Source of the DNA: Octopus vulgaris
Lineage: Eukaryota
DNA length: 64,000 nt
Assembly: GCA_951406725.2 (NCBI GenBank)
Contig: OX597836.1
Span: 24,614,001-24,678,000 of the forward strand
Reading direction: 5' to 3'
The position numbers and the translations under genes were made by a program. Under the pieces are notes generated by a model, which saw only the letters and a program-made list of their open reading frames with translations, was not told the DNA's origin and did no database searches. Shown piece after piece: positions 25,575 to 39,670 of the stretch (positions are counted from its first letter, which is position 1; the number at the start of each line of letters is the position of its first letter).

Positions 25575-25987
25575 TACACACACACAATCCGACACGCGCG
25601 GAGTCTAATATTTGCGATAATCTTGTTGACAATGATGTGGAAGTCACTCCCAACAAAATTAATATATACTGTATGTGTGCATGTGTATAAGCGTGTGTAT
25701 GTGCATGAGTGTGTGTGTGTGTGTGTGTGTATGTGTGTGTGTGTGCGTGCGTGTGTGTGTGTGCGCGTATGTCTGTATGTGCGTGTCTGTGTAATTTTTG
25801 TTTAATATTTCTTTCAATCAATCAAAATCACATCCCAGGGAGGCTATAGTCGCAACTCCCTCCCCTCCGCCATCTTTTCTTTTCATCTCCTGATCTCACG
25901 TTTTCCACCATATTTGGTTCCTAATCCTAATTCATTTCTTGGTAATTCCCAATCACCGTCTTCCAGGTCTTTCTCCATCTCTTTTAC

Positions 25988-26290
25988 ACCAACGTGCCCG
26001 TCAACAAGAGCGTGGGATGTATTTGGAATTTCATATTATCGAGTAACCTCGATTTGGAGACTTTGCCGAACCGCTAGCTCACAGGAACATAAACAAACCA
26101 ACAGTGGTGGTCAAGCGGTGATGGAGAACAAAGACACCAACGTGCCCGTCAACAAGAGCGTGGGATGTATTTGGAATTTCATACCATTTAGTCGAGTAAC
26201 CTCGATTTGGAGACTTTACCGAACCGCTAGCTCACAGGAACATAAACAAACCAACAGTGGTGGTGAAGCAGCGGTGATGGAGAACAAAGG
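25988..26290. repeat. Local tandem duplication (~149-bp period) of a degenerate SINE B segment plus flank
   Basis: ACCAACGTGCCCGTCAACAAGAGCGTGGGATG...GGAGAACAAAG occurs twice in tandem. Confidence 0.9.
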
Positions 26291-26813
26291 CAAAGACAAA
26301 GACCACCCCCTCATCCATATCTCTACGTATACTTGAAACTCTTGCATTTGCTAAGCATTTAAGGAATTGTATTTCTTTGTAAGTCTAGTCCTTACTCTAT
26401 CGGTCACTTTTCTCGAACCGCTAAGTTTCGGGGACAAACACAGATACAAAAGCACACACACACACACATAAATATGTATATATACATACACACAAAGGAA
26501 ATCTACGCACACACACACGCGTATGGCTTAAACATACAGATTTAAGTTTCTGAAAATTCAATGCGACATTGAGTCATAATGATCACAAGAGATTCAACTT
26601 CCACAAGAGGTTTGGGATGGCGCTTTCATTCATTTGTAGAGTTACCTATATTTACATTTAAAACATGACACAGAATTTCATTTTATAATGTTTTGCAGAT
26701 ACAACCAAAAAAATAAACAAGACAAAAATATAATCTGATCGTTCGAATGCTTCCCCACTGAATTAAGCGTCCAGTCAACTGAATGTCTTTATTTATTTAT
26801 TTCTTTATTTATC

Positions 26814-26869
<56 letters not shown>

Positions 26870-26988
26870 GTTATTATTATTATTATTTTTTTGGTGTCTC
26901 TGAGTCATAGAGAAATACAATTCTGATTCGAGTTGTTAATGCAAATATTTAAACATTGCGAGACATGTTCAATGCTCTTTTTCCGATG

Positions 26989-27028
<40 letters not shown>

Positions 27029-27106
27029 ATATGTATGAATATATGTATACCTGTATATATAAAAGTATATATGTGTATATATATATGTGTATATATATAT
27101 GTGTAT

Positions 27107-27192
<86 letters not shown>

Positions 27193-27309
27193 ATATATAT
27201 ATATATGTCCATATATATATATGTGTATACATATATCTATCTATATATCTATGTACATATAAATGTGTGTGTCTGTGTATGTACACATGTATATGTATAT
27301 ATATATTTG

Positions 27310-27439
27310 ATTCGCATCCACTTGGTTCCGGTTTCAGTTCCACTGCATGGCACCTCGGGCAAGTGTCTTCTACTATAGCTCCGGGCCGACCAAAGCTTTG
27401 TGAGTGGATTTGGTAGACGGAAACTGAAAGAAGCCTGTC

Positions 27440-27487
<48 letters not shown>

Positions 27488-27742
27488 GTGTGTGTGTATA
27501 TATATATATGTATGTATATATATGTGTGTGTGTTTGTGTGTATGTATATATACATATTTATGTGTGTGTGTGATTTTGTATCTGTGTTTGTCCCCGAAAC
27601 TTAGCGGTTTGAGAAATGTGACCGATAGAATAAGGACTAGACTTACAAAGAATAAGCTCTGAGGTCGATTTCTTCAGCTAAAGTCGGTGCTCCAGCATGG
27701 CCGCAGTCACCTGACTGAAACGTGTAATAGACTAAAAGAATA
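27310..27742 (+). mobile_element. SINE family B (diverged)
   Basis: Both halves and the internal microsatellite are present. Confidence 0.8.
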
Positions 27743-28293
27743 AATATATATATATATATAGCACGCCAGACAAAATCCTTAGGTGCATGTAGTCCGCCTT
27801 CACATTTCGAGTTCAAATTCCGCCGAGGCCGACCTTGCTTTCATCCTTTCTGGGTCGATAAATTAAGTACCAGTTGAACACTGGGGATTGATGTGATCGA
27901 TTCACACCCTTCCCCGCTGGAGTGGAGGCAGCAAGTTCTTTGTCTATCTCTTTAACTTCTTGGAGATTTTAGGTATAATTATACTAATGTGTCCATCGGG
28001 TTTAATTTAATTAAATTCTATGTCTTTGTGCAACTGAGGATTGCTCTGCATTTTAAATTGATGTAATGATTGCATTGTTCAATTAAATGGAGTTGCATGG
28101 AACGATCGTACTGTTTTACCTCCACATATTTCTCTTTTCCATTACAGCTTTTTTGTCTACGGGAACCATTTTAGAAACTAATGAGATTGTTCTTAGACTA
28201 AAATGAAACACCGCTACTACATATCTTGAATGAGAATAACCTGTTCTTTTAAATAATATTTTGTTGTCTCTTTTAATATTCTGAGATGCACCT

Positions 28294-28350
<57 letters not shown>

Positions 28351-28554
28351 TTTTGTGTTCCTGGATCTGGTATTGTTTTCTTTCGTGTCTGATGTCGAAA
28401 TCCATTTTCCTTGGTTTAAATTGTTTTCTGTGAATGGCATCTCCTGAAACTATTTTAAGCTCTTCTTCCTTCCTTGTATTTTCTTCTTCTTCTTCTTCTT
28501 CTTCTTCTTCTTCTTCTTCTTCTTCTTCTTCTTCTTCTTCTTCTTCTTCTTCTT

Positions 28555-28585
<31 letters not shown>

Positions 28586-29377
28586 TTCTTCTTTCTTCTT
28601 TCTTCTTCTTCTTTCTCCCCCCCTCCTCTTATTTCTCTAATATTGGTTTTAAATTTTGGCACAAGGCCAGCAGTTTCAGAGGAGAGGAGCCAAACAATTA
28701 TATCGACCCCCCACTTCTTAACTAGTTTTTTTTATTTTATTGACCCCTAAAGTCAACCTCGGCAGAATTTGAACCTGGAACGTAAAAACACTAAGCGTGC
28801 TAACGATTCTGCCAGCCCGCCGTCCCCTTATTTCCCTACTACTGAGATGATATGTTTCTTCTGATAGTTTTGAAAATAAAGTTAAGCATCCCCTGCCCCC
28901 CCTTTTAAATTTACATACATACATAAATACATACATAAGTGTGTGTGAGTGTATGCTGTAAGATTTTCTATTGATAGAACCGTTAGAGCATCAAACAGTG
29001 ATACTTCTCACTACTTTCTGAGTTCAAATAACATCGAAATAATTTTGCCTTTCATCGTTTGAAGGTTGTTAAATAAGGCATCAGCACAACGTTTGTGTAA
29101 GCCCTTCATTTACTTCAGCTTTAACCTCTTGGATATCGTCGCAAGATCAATACTAAGCAGGCCGGGAGAATCTCTGTGCTTGTTCGCCATTGGGTTGGTG
29201 CCTAAAAGACATTAACCAAAACCTGGTCTATTCTGATACCACGTCATCCTCGATTTTGAGTGATGGTCGTATTTATCCAGTACGTCGCTTCCTTTAGTGA
29301 CAACTAAGTCAGTGGTGAGTAGAATGGACACGATTGGAGCCCCACAGTTGCTATTTCTCTATATCTATTATTAAAGT

Positions 29378-29690
29378 GCTCAGTGGTTAGAGTGTCGTGA
29401 GGTTGTGAGTTCGATTCCCGAACAGGGCTGCGTGTCGTGTTGTTGAGCAAGACACTTTATTTCACGTTGCTCCAGTTCACTCAGCTGTAGAAATGAATTG
29501 CGACGTCACAGGTGCCAAGCTGTATCGGCCCCTTTGCCTTTCCCTTGGATGACATCGGTGGCATGGAGACGGGAGGCTGATATGCATGGGTGACTGCTGG
29601 TCTTCCATAAACAACCTTGCCCGGACTTGTCCCTCGGAGGGTAACTTTCTAGGTGCAATCCCATGGTTATTCATTACCGAAGGGGGTCTC
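29378..29690 (+). mobile_element. tRNA-derived SINE family C
   Basis: A-box CTCAGTGG, B-box GTTCGATTCCC; body shared with 36665-37010 and 47187-47530. Confidence 0.85.
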
Positions 29691-29872
29691 TTCCTATTAT
29701 TAATATCTGTGTGTGCACCCCTGTATAATGTTTCATTAGGGGTATAATGAAGCTATTGACGTTGTTGTGTTTGTTCTGTTTGTCCAGACTGAATGGTGTT
29801 TGATAGGTCCTTTTATGGTGAAATTCTCGTTGCGTTCTGGTGTGTTGATGTGTCTGTTTGGTTGGAGATGTG

Positions 29873-30200
29873 AGAAGGCTCGTGGCTTAGTGGTTATGGC
29901 ATGCGGCTCACGATCTTAAGATTGTGAGTTCGATATCCGGTGGCACGTTGTGTCCCAGAACAAGATACTTTATATTTCACGTTACTCCAGTCCACTCAGC
30001 TGGCCAAACAGAGCACTACCCGTAATTTCAAAGGGCCGGCCTTGTCACATTCTGTATCACGCTGAATCTCCCAGACAAAATACGTTAAGGGTGCTCTTGT
30101 CTGTGGGGTACTCAACCACTTGCACGTTAATTTCACAAAGCAGGCTGTTCCGTTGATGTTGATCGGACTGACTGGAACATTCATCGTCGTTACCGACAGA
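29873..30200 (+). mobile_element. tRNA-derived SINE, family C head with alternative 3' body
   Basis: The head resembles family C; the body is shared in reverse with 50235-50410. Confidence 0.7.
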
Positions 30201-31678
30201 GTGCCACGTATGGAGCGGCACGATTGAGGCGGTAGGGGGTGTTACAGTTTGCAAAAACAACAAACTCTCTCCCTCCCTCCCTCCCTCCCTCCCTCCCTCT
30301 CTATTGACTATTACTTCCGTTTGGTGTTCTCCAGGTGTGGTTTCTCCGTATCTTGTGATGCGCTGTTGTTTTGCTCCTTTGTCATTTGTTGTGGTTCTGC
30401 TGCAGAGAGATTAGGGACCCAGGCAAGGCAAGGCATCATTCACCAAGGTCGTTGTTGCTGTTGTTGTAGTTGTTAATATTTCTGCTGCTGCTGTTGTTAT
30501 TGTAGTTACCCTTGTTATTTTATTAGCAGTTCCTGCCGCTGCAGCAGCAGTAGCCGCAGCAGCAGTAGTGGTGGTGGTGGTGGGTGGTAGTGGGTGGTAG
30601 TGGGTGGTGAAGGTGTCTTCGGTGAATGTCACTATGTTGTGTTTTCTATGACTAATCTACAATAACAATAATCTCCACAATTCCAACAACAATAACACAA
30701 TGGGAAAGATACTATTTCTAATACCAACAGCTCAGTCATGACACTAGTGCTGTTGGTGGTGGATATGATAGCAGCGCTGGTGGTGGTGGTGGTGGTGATG
30801 GTCGTGTATATGATAGCAGTAGTGATGATGATGCTGATGATGGTTATGAACATGGTGGTAATGGTGACGATGGTAAGATTTACAGTGAAGCTTACTAATC
30901 CTTTCTATTATAAACACAAGGCCCGAAATTTTAGCGGCAGGGGTCTAGTCGATTACATCGACCCCATTGCGTAACTGGTACTAATTTAATCGACCACAAA
31001 CGGATGAAAGATAAAGTCGACCTCGGCGGAATTTGAACTCAGAACATGAAGACGAACGAAATACCACTAAGTATTTCGCCCGGCGTGCAAACCATTCTGC
31101 CCGCTCACCGCCTTAATCAATGGTTTCAAATTTAGGGACAAGACCAGCAGGTTTGAGGGAGGGGGCTGAGTCGATTAAATCGACCCCAGTGTTCAACTCG
31201 TTCATATTTTATCGACCCGGAAAAAATAAAAAACAAAACTGACCTCGGCAGAATCTGAACTCAGAACGTTAAGCCCAAAGAAATGTCGCTAAGCATTTGT
31301 TTCCGGTTCGGTAACGACTCTGCCAGTTCGCCGCATTCTTCTGGTGGTTGAGACTGCTCAGGTTATTGGTACTTGTTGTGCTAGTGACGGCGGCGGCAGC
31401 GGTGGTGGTGGTGGTTGTGGTGTAGGTGGTGGTGGTGGGTTTTCGATGGAGAGGTCGTAGTTGTATTGGTTGAAATTTTATAAGTGGTAGCAGTGGAGGA
31501 TGTTGTGCATTAAATAAATATTTGGCGAAAGAGACTGTTGGTGTTGTGTAGGTGGTGGCGTAGAGGGGGTTGTTCCTCTGCCTGCATCTAAATAAGGTGT
31601 GTGTCTTTATATGCATGAATGTAATATCTATATGTATATATGTACGTATACTTGCATGTATGTGTGTATGTGTGTGTA

Positions 31679-31716
<38 letters not shown>

Positions 31717-31824
31717 CACACACACAAATATCTATATATGTATATACATACATATACACACACACAAATATCTATCTATATATATATATATACATACATA
31801 TATACATATTTATATATACATATA

Positions 31825-31876
<52 letters not shown>

Positions 31877-32015
31877 TTATGTATGTATATATATTTACCC
31901 TTTACCCTTTTATATATGTTTATATATTGTATATATATGCATATATATATGTGTATATATATATATACATACATATATATTTACACACACATATATATAC
32001 ACATATATATATATA

Positions 32016-32069
<54 letters not shown>

Positions 32070-32262
32070 ATACACACACATATATATGCACACACACATA
32101 TACACACACACGCACACACCCACAAATATATATGATATATATAATGTATGTATGTATGTATCTGTATAATATATACAACGAGGGGAAACCACCTCAGCTG
32201 TAGAAGATATAAACAAGGGAGTTCTTTTGGTGTTTAGACTAGAAGTCATCATCATCATCATT

Positions 32263-32294
<32 letters not shown>

Positions 32295-32674
32295 TATCAT
32301 CATCATCATTATCATCGTCGTCGTCGTCGTCGTCGTTATTGTTATTGTTGTTGTGGTTGTTATTGCTTACATCATTATATTATATATGTGTGTATTAAAA
32401 AAAGCAAACAGTTCACAGATGACTGTGGAGCAGGCAGTAGCAGTTTGTTGGTCGACAACTGCTTTAAACAACGGCATCATTCAACAACACCGGCAGCAGC
32501 AACACCCCCTCTACCACCACCACCACCACCACCACCGACAACAACAACAACAACAACATCAACAATAACAACAGCTAGAGAACAACACTACAGCAGCAAT
32601 AACAACAACAGCTTTAGGAACCTCATCAGCTACACCCCCAAACAACATCATCGTCATCACCGTCATCGCCATTA

Positions 32675-32712
<38 letters not shown>

Positions 32713-32863
32713 GTTATTATTATTGTTATTATCAGCACACACCACACACACACACCACACACCCCACACCCGCATCCCACCCGGCACTGTTATCTTCGTC
32801 GGGTTGGGTTTGTCAAATGTTTGGAACAGGCCGAAAATCCGAAGCATAGCATCGCCCGACGAT

Positions 32864-33380
32864 ATGGAGATCAAACGCACAGTGGGTCCCTGTCTGCATC
32901 TTCCCCTTCTGGGATGTTGGGGCTTGTTTATTGTGACAGTGGTCTACCCTAACTGTGTTTTGTCTCTACTAGCACCGCAGTTAAAGCCATTAACGTCGTC
33001 GTCGTCATCTTCTGCCTCCTCCTCCTCCTTCTCTTCATTATTGTCATCATCATCATCGTCGTCATCATCATTAAAGACAAAACATGGAAATAATAATGCT
33101 GCTGCTGGGGATCCGAGGCGGGCTCGAAACAGCAGCGCACGGCCGCCGAGAGCGCCGCCGCGAGTCGGCCGACTCGCTGCTGGGGATCCGAGGCGGGCTC
33201 GAAACAGCAGCGCACGGCCGAGAGCGCCGCGAGTCGGCCGATTCGATTGCGTCGTCAGTGCCTGGTCGTCCTGGACCCGGTCAGGAGCCTTCCAAGTGAG
33301 ATATAGGTCCCGCTTACAAAAATCAAGAAACGGGGGTTTACGATGTCCTCCGCTCGTCACAGCCAGGAAGATTCGACACA
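32864..33380 (+). CDS. First coding exon of a predicted secreted TSP1 + vWA domain protein
   Basis: The ATG is in a good context (GATATGG). The N-terminus MEIKRTVGPCLHLPLLGCWGLFIVTVVYPNCVLS is hydrophobic and is followed by a poly-Ser tract and an in-frame duplicated repeat. DCVVSAWSSWT...RYRSRLQKSRNGGLRCPPL is a spondin-type TSP1 signature. The exon is a GC-rich island ending at a canonical donor A|GTGAGT (phase 1). Confidence 0.82.
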
Positions 33381-33733
33381 GTGAGTAGAACGTTTTATAT
33401 TTTGGTTTCTGTGAGATGAATGTCTAGAAATGCACCCTACCAACGTTAAAACACGGCTTCGTGCAGACAGGGACACAAGCGCACGCACGTATGCATGTAT
33501 GCATATATCCGTATATACGTGTGTGTGTGTGTGTATCCATATGTATGAATGTATGTATGTATGTATATATGTATGTATGTATGTATTGTACATGTATTGT
33601 ATATATGTGTGTGTGTATATGTTTGTATATATTTATGTTTGTATATATGCATGTATATATGTATATAGGCACGCGTAACTAGCTCTATTTCTCTCTCTCT
33701 CTCTATCAATATATCTATCTATTTATCTATCTA

Positions 33734-33804
<71 letters not shown>

Positions 33805-33821
33805 GTCTATCTATCTATCTG

Positions 33822-33938
<117 letters not shown>

Positions 33939-33973
33939 TTCTCTATTTGTCTGTCTAGCTATCTATCTATCTA

Positions 33974-34006
<33 letters not shown>

Positions 34007-34286
34007 GTCTCTCTACCTCTTGTGCCCTTTCTGTAAAGATACGTATATAGTACACCTTGATGTACATGTAACCTATACACACACTTCACACACTTGTAAA
34101 CATAAACACACAAATCCGAACTGCCGCATAAAATTTCATGTACAAGCACGTGTGTGCATGTATGTATGTATGTATGTATGTATGTATGTATGTATGTATG
34201 TATGTATGTATGTATGCATGTATGTATGTATGTATGTATGTATGTATGTATGTATACATATGTATGTAGATATATGTATGACTATG

Positions 34287-34368
<82 letters not shown>

Positions 34369-34562
34369 TGAGTGTGTGTGTGTATTTATGTGTGTATAAA
34401 CACACACATACACATAGATACACACGCATACACACATGTATCAGCACATAGATATGTTCACGGTTGCTATATACATATACATTTCTATAAAATTCATTCT
34501 TGTATGTAATGTTTAGAAGTTTCAATATGTGACCTCCAGAAAAGTATTATAGCCATTGTGCG

Positions 34563-34673
<111 letters not shown>

Positions 34674-35001
34674 ACGTATCAATTGTGCGTTTACACTTAG
34701 AAATACAATACATACATACGGAGAAAAATCTGAACATTTTTTAAATAACGGTTTGGGATTTTGGCCCTAGGCCAGCAATGTTAAAGAAGGCGGGGAATTC
34801 GATTTCATCGACCCCAGTATTCAACTGGTACTTATTTTATCTACTCCGAATGGATAAACAACCCGGAGCAAACAGACGGACGAAATGCTGCCGGTCGTTT
34901 TGTCCAGCATGCGAACGAACGGTCCGACAAGCTCGCCGCCTGCCTTAGAACGTTTCTATTATAATGATTGACACAAACATCTTGTTAAATGTTATTTATG
35001 C

Positions 35002-35233
35002 TAGGCGGCGAGCTGGCAGAAACCTTAGCCCGCCGGGCGAAATGCGTAGCGGTATTTCGTCTGCGTTACGTTGTGAGTTCAAATTCCGCCGAGGTCGACT
35101 TTGCCTTTCATCCTTTCGGGGTCGATAAATTAAGTACCATTTACGCACTGGGTGTCGATGTAATCGACTTATTACCTATGTTTGTCCTTGTTTGTCCCCT
35201 CTATGTTTAACCCCTTGTGGGCACTAAAGAAAT
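35002..35233 (+). mobile_element. SINE family A
   Basis: Full-length match to other copies. Confidence 0.85.
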
Positions 35234-35479
35234 ATATTTATAGCATCTGCAAATATATTCATTATTGATACATTGTGAAGACAGAAGGCAGTGATCATTG
35301 CCTTCGCGGGTCGTCTGTTACTGCTGGGGTTAATATCGTTAGTATTGTTATTAACTACAACAGCTGACTATGCTTGGACGACGTCTATGGGCTTTAGTGT
35401 AAGCCACCAGGAGAGTACAGAGCGTAGCATCAAATGATAAATGACAAAGGAATAAGCTATGTAATCACTTTCTTTAGTC

Positions 35480-35530
<51 letters not shown>

Positions 35531-35566
35531 TTATATATATACATACACACACTCACCCACGAACAC

Positions 35567-35626
<60 letters not shown>

Positions 35627-35696
35627 TATCGTATGCATACATGTACACATACATAGTCTTGAGTGTATGAATATACAAACGCACATACATACATAC

Positions 35697-35763
<67 letters not shown>

Positions 35764-35923
35764 CACACACACTCACATATGTCATCATATTTACACAAAC
35801 GTACAGACATAAATGTTGGGATGTCTTCGTTTAGTATGACGTATACATTAATTAAATCATCCTATGCCGTTTCTAAATTAGTTCCACATATATGTATGTT
35901 TGCACGTTTGTGTGTGCGTATGA

Positions 35924-35956
<33 letters not shown>

Positions 35957-35970
35957 CATACATACATACA

Positions 35971-36089
<119 letters not shown>

Positions 36090-36104
36090 GCGTGTGTGTG
36101 TGTT

Positions 36105-36137
<33 letters not shown>

Positions 36138-36154
36138 GTGTATAAATGCGACCT

Positions 36155-36393
36155 TTTAAAGCCTAGCCAGGCTCATGGGCCCGGTTTCCCGGTTTCTATG
36201 GCGTATGTGTTCCCCAGCTGGACGGGATGCCAGTCCATCGCAGCGTCACTCATTTTGCCAGCTGAGTGGACTGGAGCAACGTGAAATGAAGTGCTTTGCT
36301 CAAGAACACAACGCGTCGCCTGGTCCAGGAATCGAAACCACAATCTTACGATCATGATGCTGACACCCTAACCACTAAGCCACGCGCCTCCAC
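36155..36393 (-). mobile_element. tRNA-derived SINE (family C head, short tail)
   Basis: Minus strand begins GGAGGCGCGTGGCTTAGTGGTTAGGG...GGTTTCGATTCC. Confidence 0.82.
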
Positions 36394-36563
36394 ATGTTTA
36401 TTTATACATGTCTAAATACACACGCACAATCACACACAATTATACACATGTCTGTATAAGTATATTTATATACGTACATACCTATATACGTGTATACCTA
36501 CATACGTACATATTTATACATAACACGTATATTCATTTCCATATATGTATATATGTGTGTGTA

Positions 36564-37010
<447 letters not shown>

Positions 37011-37013
37011 TTA

Positions 37014-37074
<61 letters not shown>

Positions 37075-37402
37075 CACGCACTCACACACATAAGCACCTA
37101 AATACCAGCTTCCCATGCAGTCGTGTATGACGCGGTGTCAGCACACCGGGAGCTGGTATTTCGCTTGGACTCGATCGCGTCGGAACGAGTCACACGCCCA
37201 ACCTCCACCGCCCGTCACACTTTCACCTTTGACACAGCGTAATGGCCAAAACGTGACAGCTGAAGGCTGATCCGTTCAACATACAGCGGGGCGCGTATAT
37301 ACACTTTAATAATTATTTGTATGTTTCTGTGTGCATATATGTATGTGAGTGCGTGTAGACACACGCACGTGCAAACACATACACACACATATATATATCA
37401 TG

Positions 37403-37466
<64 letters not shown>

Positions 37467-37515
37467 TTCAATGTATTGTATTGAAATTATATACTTTCAG
37501 TCCGCCTGTTTACAG

Positions 37516-37633
<118 letters not shown>

Positions 37634-39029
37634 AGATATATCGTCATACATACATTCATTCATATATACACCTATATATACATACTCACATACATACACG
37701 CATATATACACACATGCACACATACGTATATGACCTTATTTCACAACCTCCTACATATATATTCTATTTGTTTTGTGTTGTGTTTCTGTAACTTGTTTCT
37801 TGCCGTCCCACCAGCAACACCCTCACCCCCGCCTGCCTTTCAAAACAGACACTTTAATGATAATAAGCGCTGGGGGTGGCGAACGTGGGTGGTGTGTGTA
37901 TTTATTGAAATGTTAGCAAACAATCATTTCAAAGAGGATGAATGAAATCTTTTAGGAATTTCTGGGTCAATATTTGGCAGTTGGACTATCTACATGATAA
38001 CTCATTAGAATTGTATTACAAAGATCTCCGTAAGTCACACAGTTTTCTTTAAACTCAGGATTTGCTGTCATTTGAATGGTTGATATTGACAGCTGGTGTG
38101 TTTCCTAGATAGGACACCAGGGTATAGCAGGTAGGACCTATAAGGAAAAGGTTCAGCCAGTACATCGGTACGAGAACAGCATAAATAGAGTGGGCAATGA
38201 ATAGGTTCCACGCTAAAGACAAAAGGACCCACGTTAGGGCACTTTTGAATTTAGAGAGGTAAGAATGGCCCTCAAAAAGATCGTCTTCAGCCTTAAAAAT
38301 TTTTTTTATCAGAGGTCCTGATGGTTGTTAAAGGTCTAGAAACTAAATATTTACATATACATCCTCCACTTGCTTTCGAACGGGAGATGAGCGATATCAC
38401 TTGCAAAAATCCTTCAGCTCGTCAAGACAATTATCCGAACCGTGAAGGATGCCTCCATCCATTGCAAAGCCTGCAAAATCATTTACCTTTCAAACTATAG
38501 CCGACTCTTTGGGTCCGTTGCTAAAAATATTCCTGCCAACATGACAGAATCCTTCTTCACTACTAGGACAGTTCTGTTTGCATTACTCCCACAGAGAAAT
38601 CTTCTTCATTTGAAACTCCTTTTTCATCCAGTTCTTCCTTGCACACAAAAAATAAAGCACTTCTCAAATCATCCCTTTCCACTGCACCATCCTCAGTATA
38701 CACCCAACAAATACACGTCATGTGCAATAATATTTCCGTTCGCTTCAAACCGGTGTGGCCACACAACTGACGATGTCTCTTCTATTATCCTCAACTCTTC
38801 GTCCAGTAAAGAACCCACCCCAGAAACAATGCTCTCCATCCTCTACAAGCTCTCCAAAGTTGTTCTTCCTTCCCTCCAATCTCTCTCCCCGTACGTATTC
38901 CAATCATTGGAAATACGCTGTCAAATTACTGTCAGAGCACAGCGAATTCACCTCTCACCTGCAACAATGGCTCACCTGGTTTAAATGACAGTAAAGCAAG
39001 CTTTACAGTGGAATCACCAGCCACTGTTT

Positions 39030-39248
39030 ACAGAAGGGCTAAACACAGAGAGGACAAAACAAGGACAGACAAACGGATTAAGTCGATTATATCGAGCCCA
39101 GTGCGTAACTGGTACTTATTTAATCGAGCCCGAAAGGATGAAAGATAAAGTCGACCTTGGCGGAATTTGAACTCAGAACGTAACGGCAGACGAAATGTCG
39201 CTAAACATTTCGCCCGGCGTGCTAACCATTCTGCCAGCTCGCCGCCTT
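39030..39248 (-). mobile_element. SINE family A
   Basis: Reverse complement of the family A consensus seen elsewhere. Confidence 0.85.
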
Positions 39249-39284
39249 TAAGCAGTGGGTAGTAAAGTGGGTAGTAATGAAATA

Positions 39285-39670
39285 GGTATTTCGTCTGCCG
39301 TTACGTTCTGAGTTCAAATTCCGCCGAGGTTGACTTTGCCTTTCACCCTTTCGGGGTCGATAAATTAAGTACCAGTTACGCACTGGGGTCGATGTAATCG
39401 ACTTAATCCCTTTGTCTGTCCTTGTTTGTCCCCTCTTTGTTTAGCCTTTTGTGGGCAATAAAGAAATAAGAAACGTTGGCATGTCGGGCAAATTCTTAGC
39501 GGCATTTCGTCCGTCTTAATTTTCTCAGTTCAAATTCCGCCGAGGTCGACTTTACCTTTCATCCTTTCGAGGTCGATAAATTAAGTACCAATAAAACACT
39601 GGGGTCGATGTAACGGACTTAACCCCTCCTCCGAAATTACTGGTCTTATACCAAAATTTGAAACCAATAA
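39285..39670 (+). mobile_element. Two tandem 5'-truncated SINE family A copies
   Basis: 39285-39468 has the L1-like tail; 39469-39670 has the alternative tail. Confidence 0.83.

Noticed and set aside
32675-32863. ORF-track start with poly-Leu N-terminus
   Set aside because: It is a non-ATG start inside a (TTA)n tract; the first in-frame ATG is at 32864.
33110-33127. PRRAR identical to the SARS-CoV-2 spike furin motif
   Set aside because: A five-residue match is expected by chance and indicates only a generic RxxR site, not viral origin.
32944-33360. Minus-strand 138-aa ORF overlapping the first exon
   Set aside because: It is an antisense shadow of a GC-rich exon; signal peptide, domain motif and splice donor all support the + strand.
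38442-38984. 180-aa non-repetitive ORF in the intron
   Set aside because: It has no recognisable domain or convincing splice sites; probably an old TE relic that cannot be classified.
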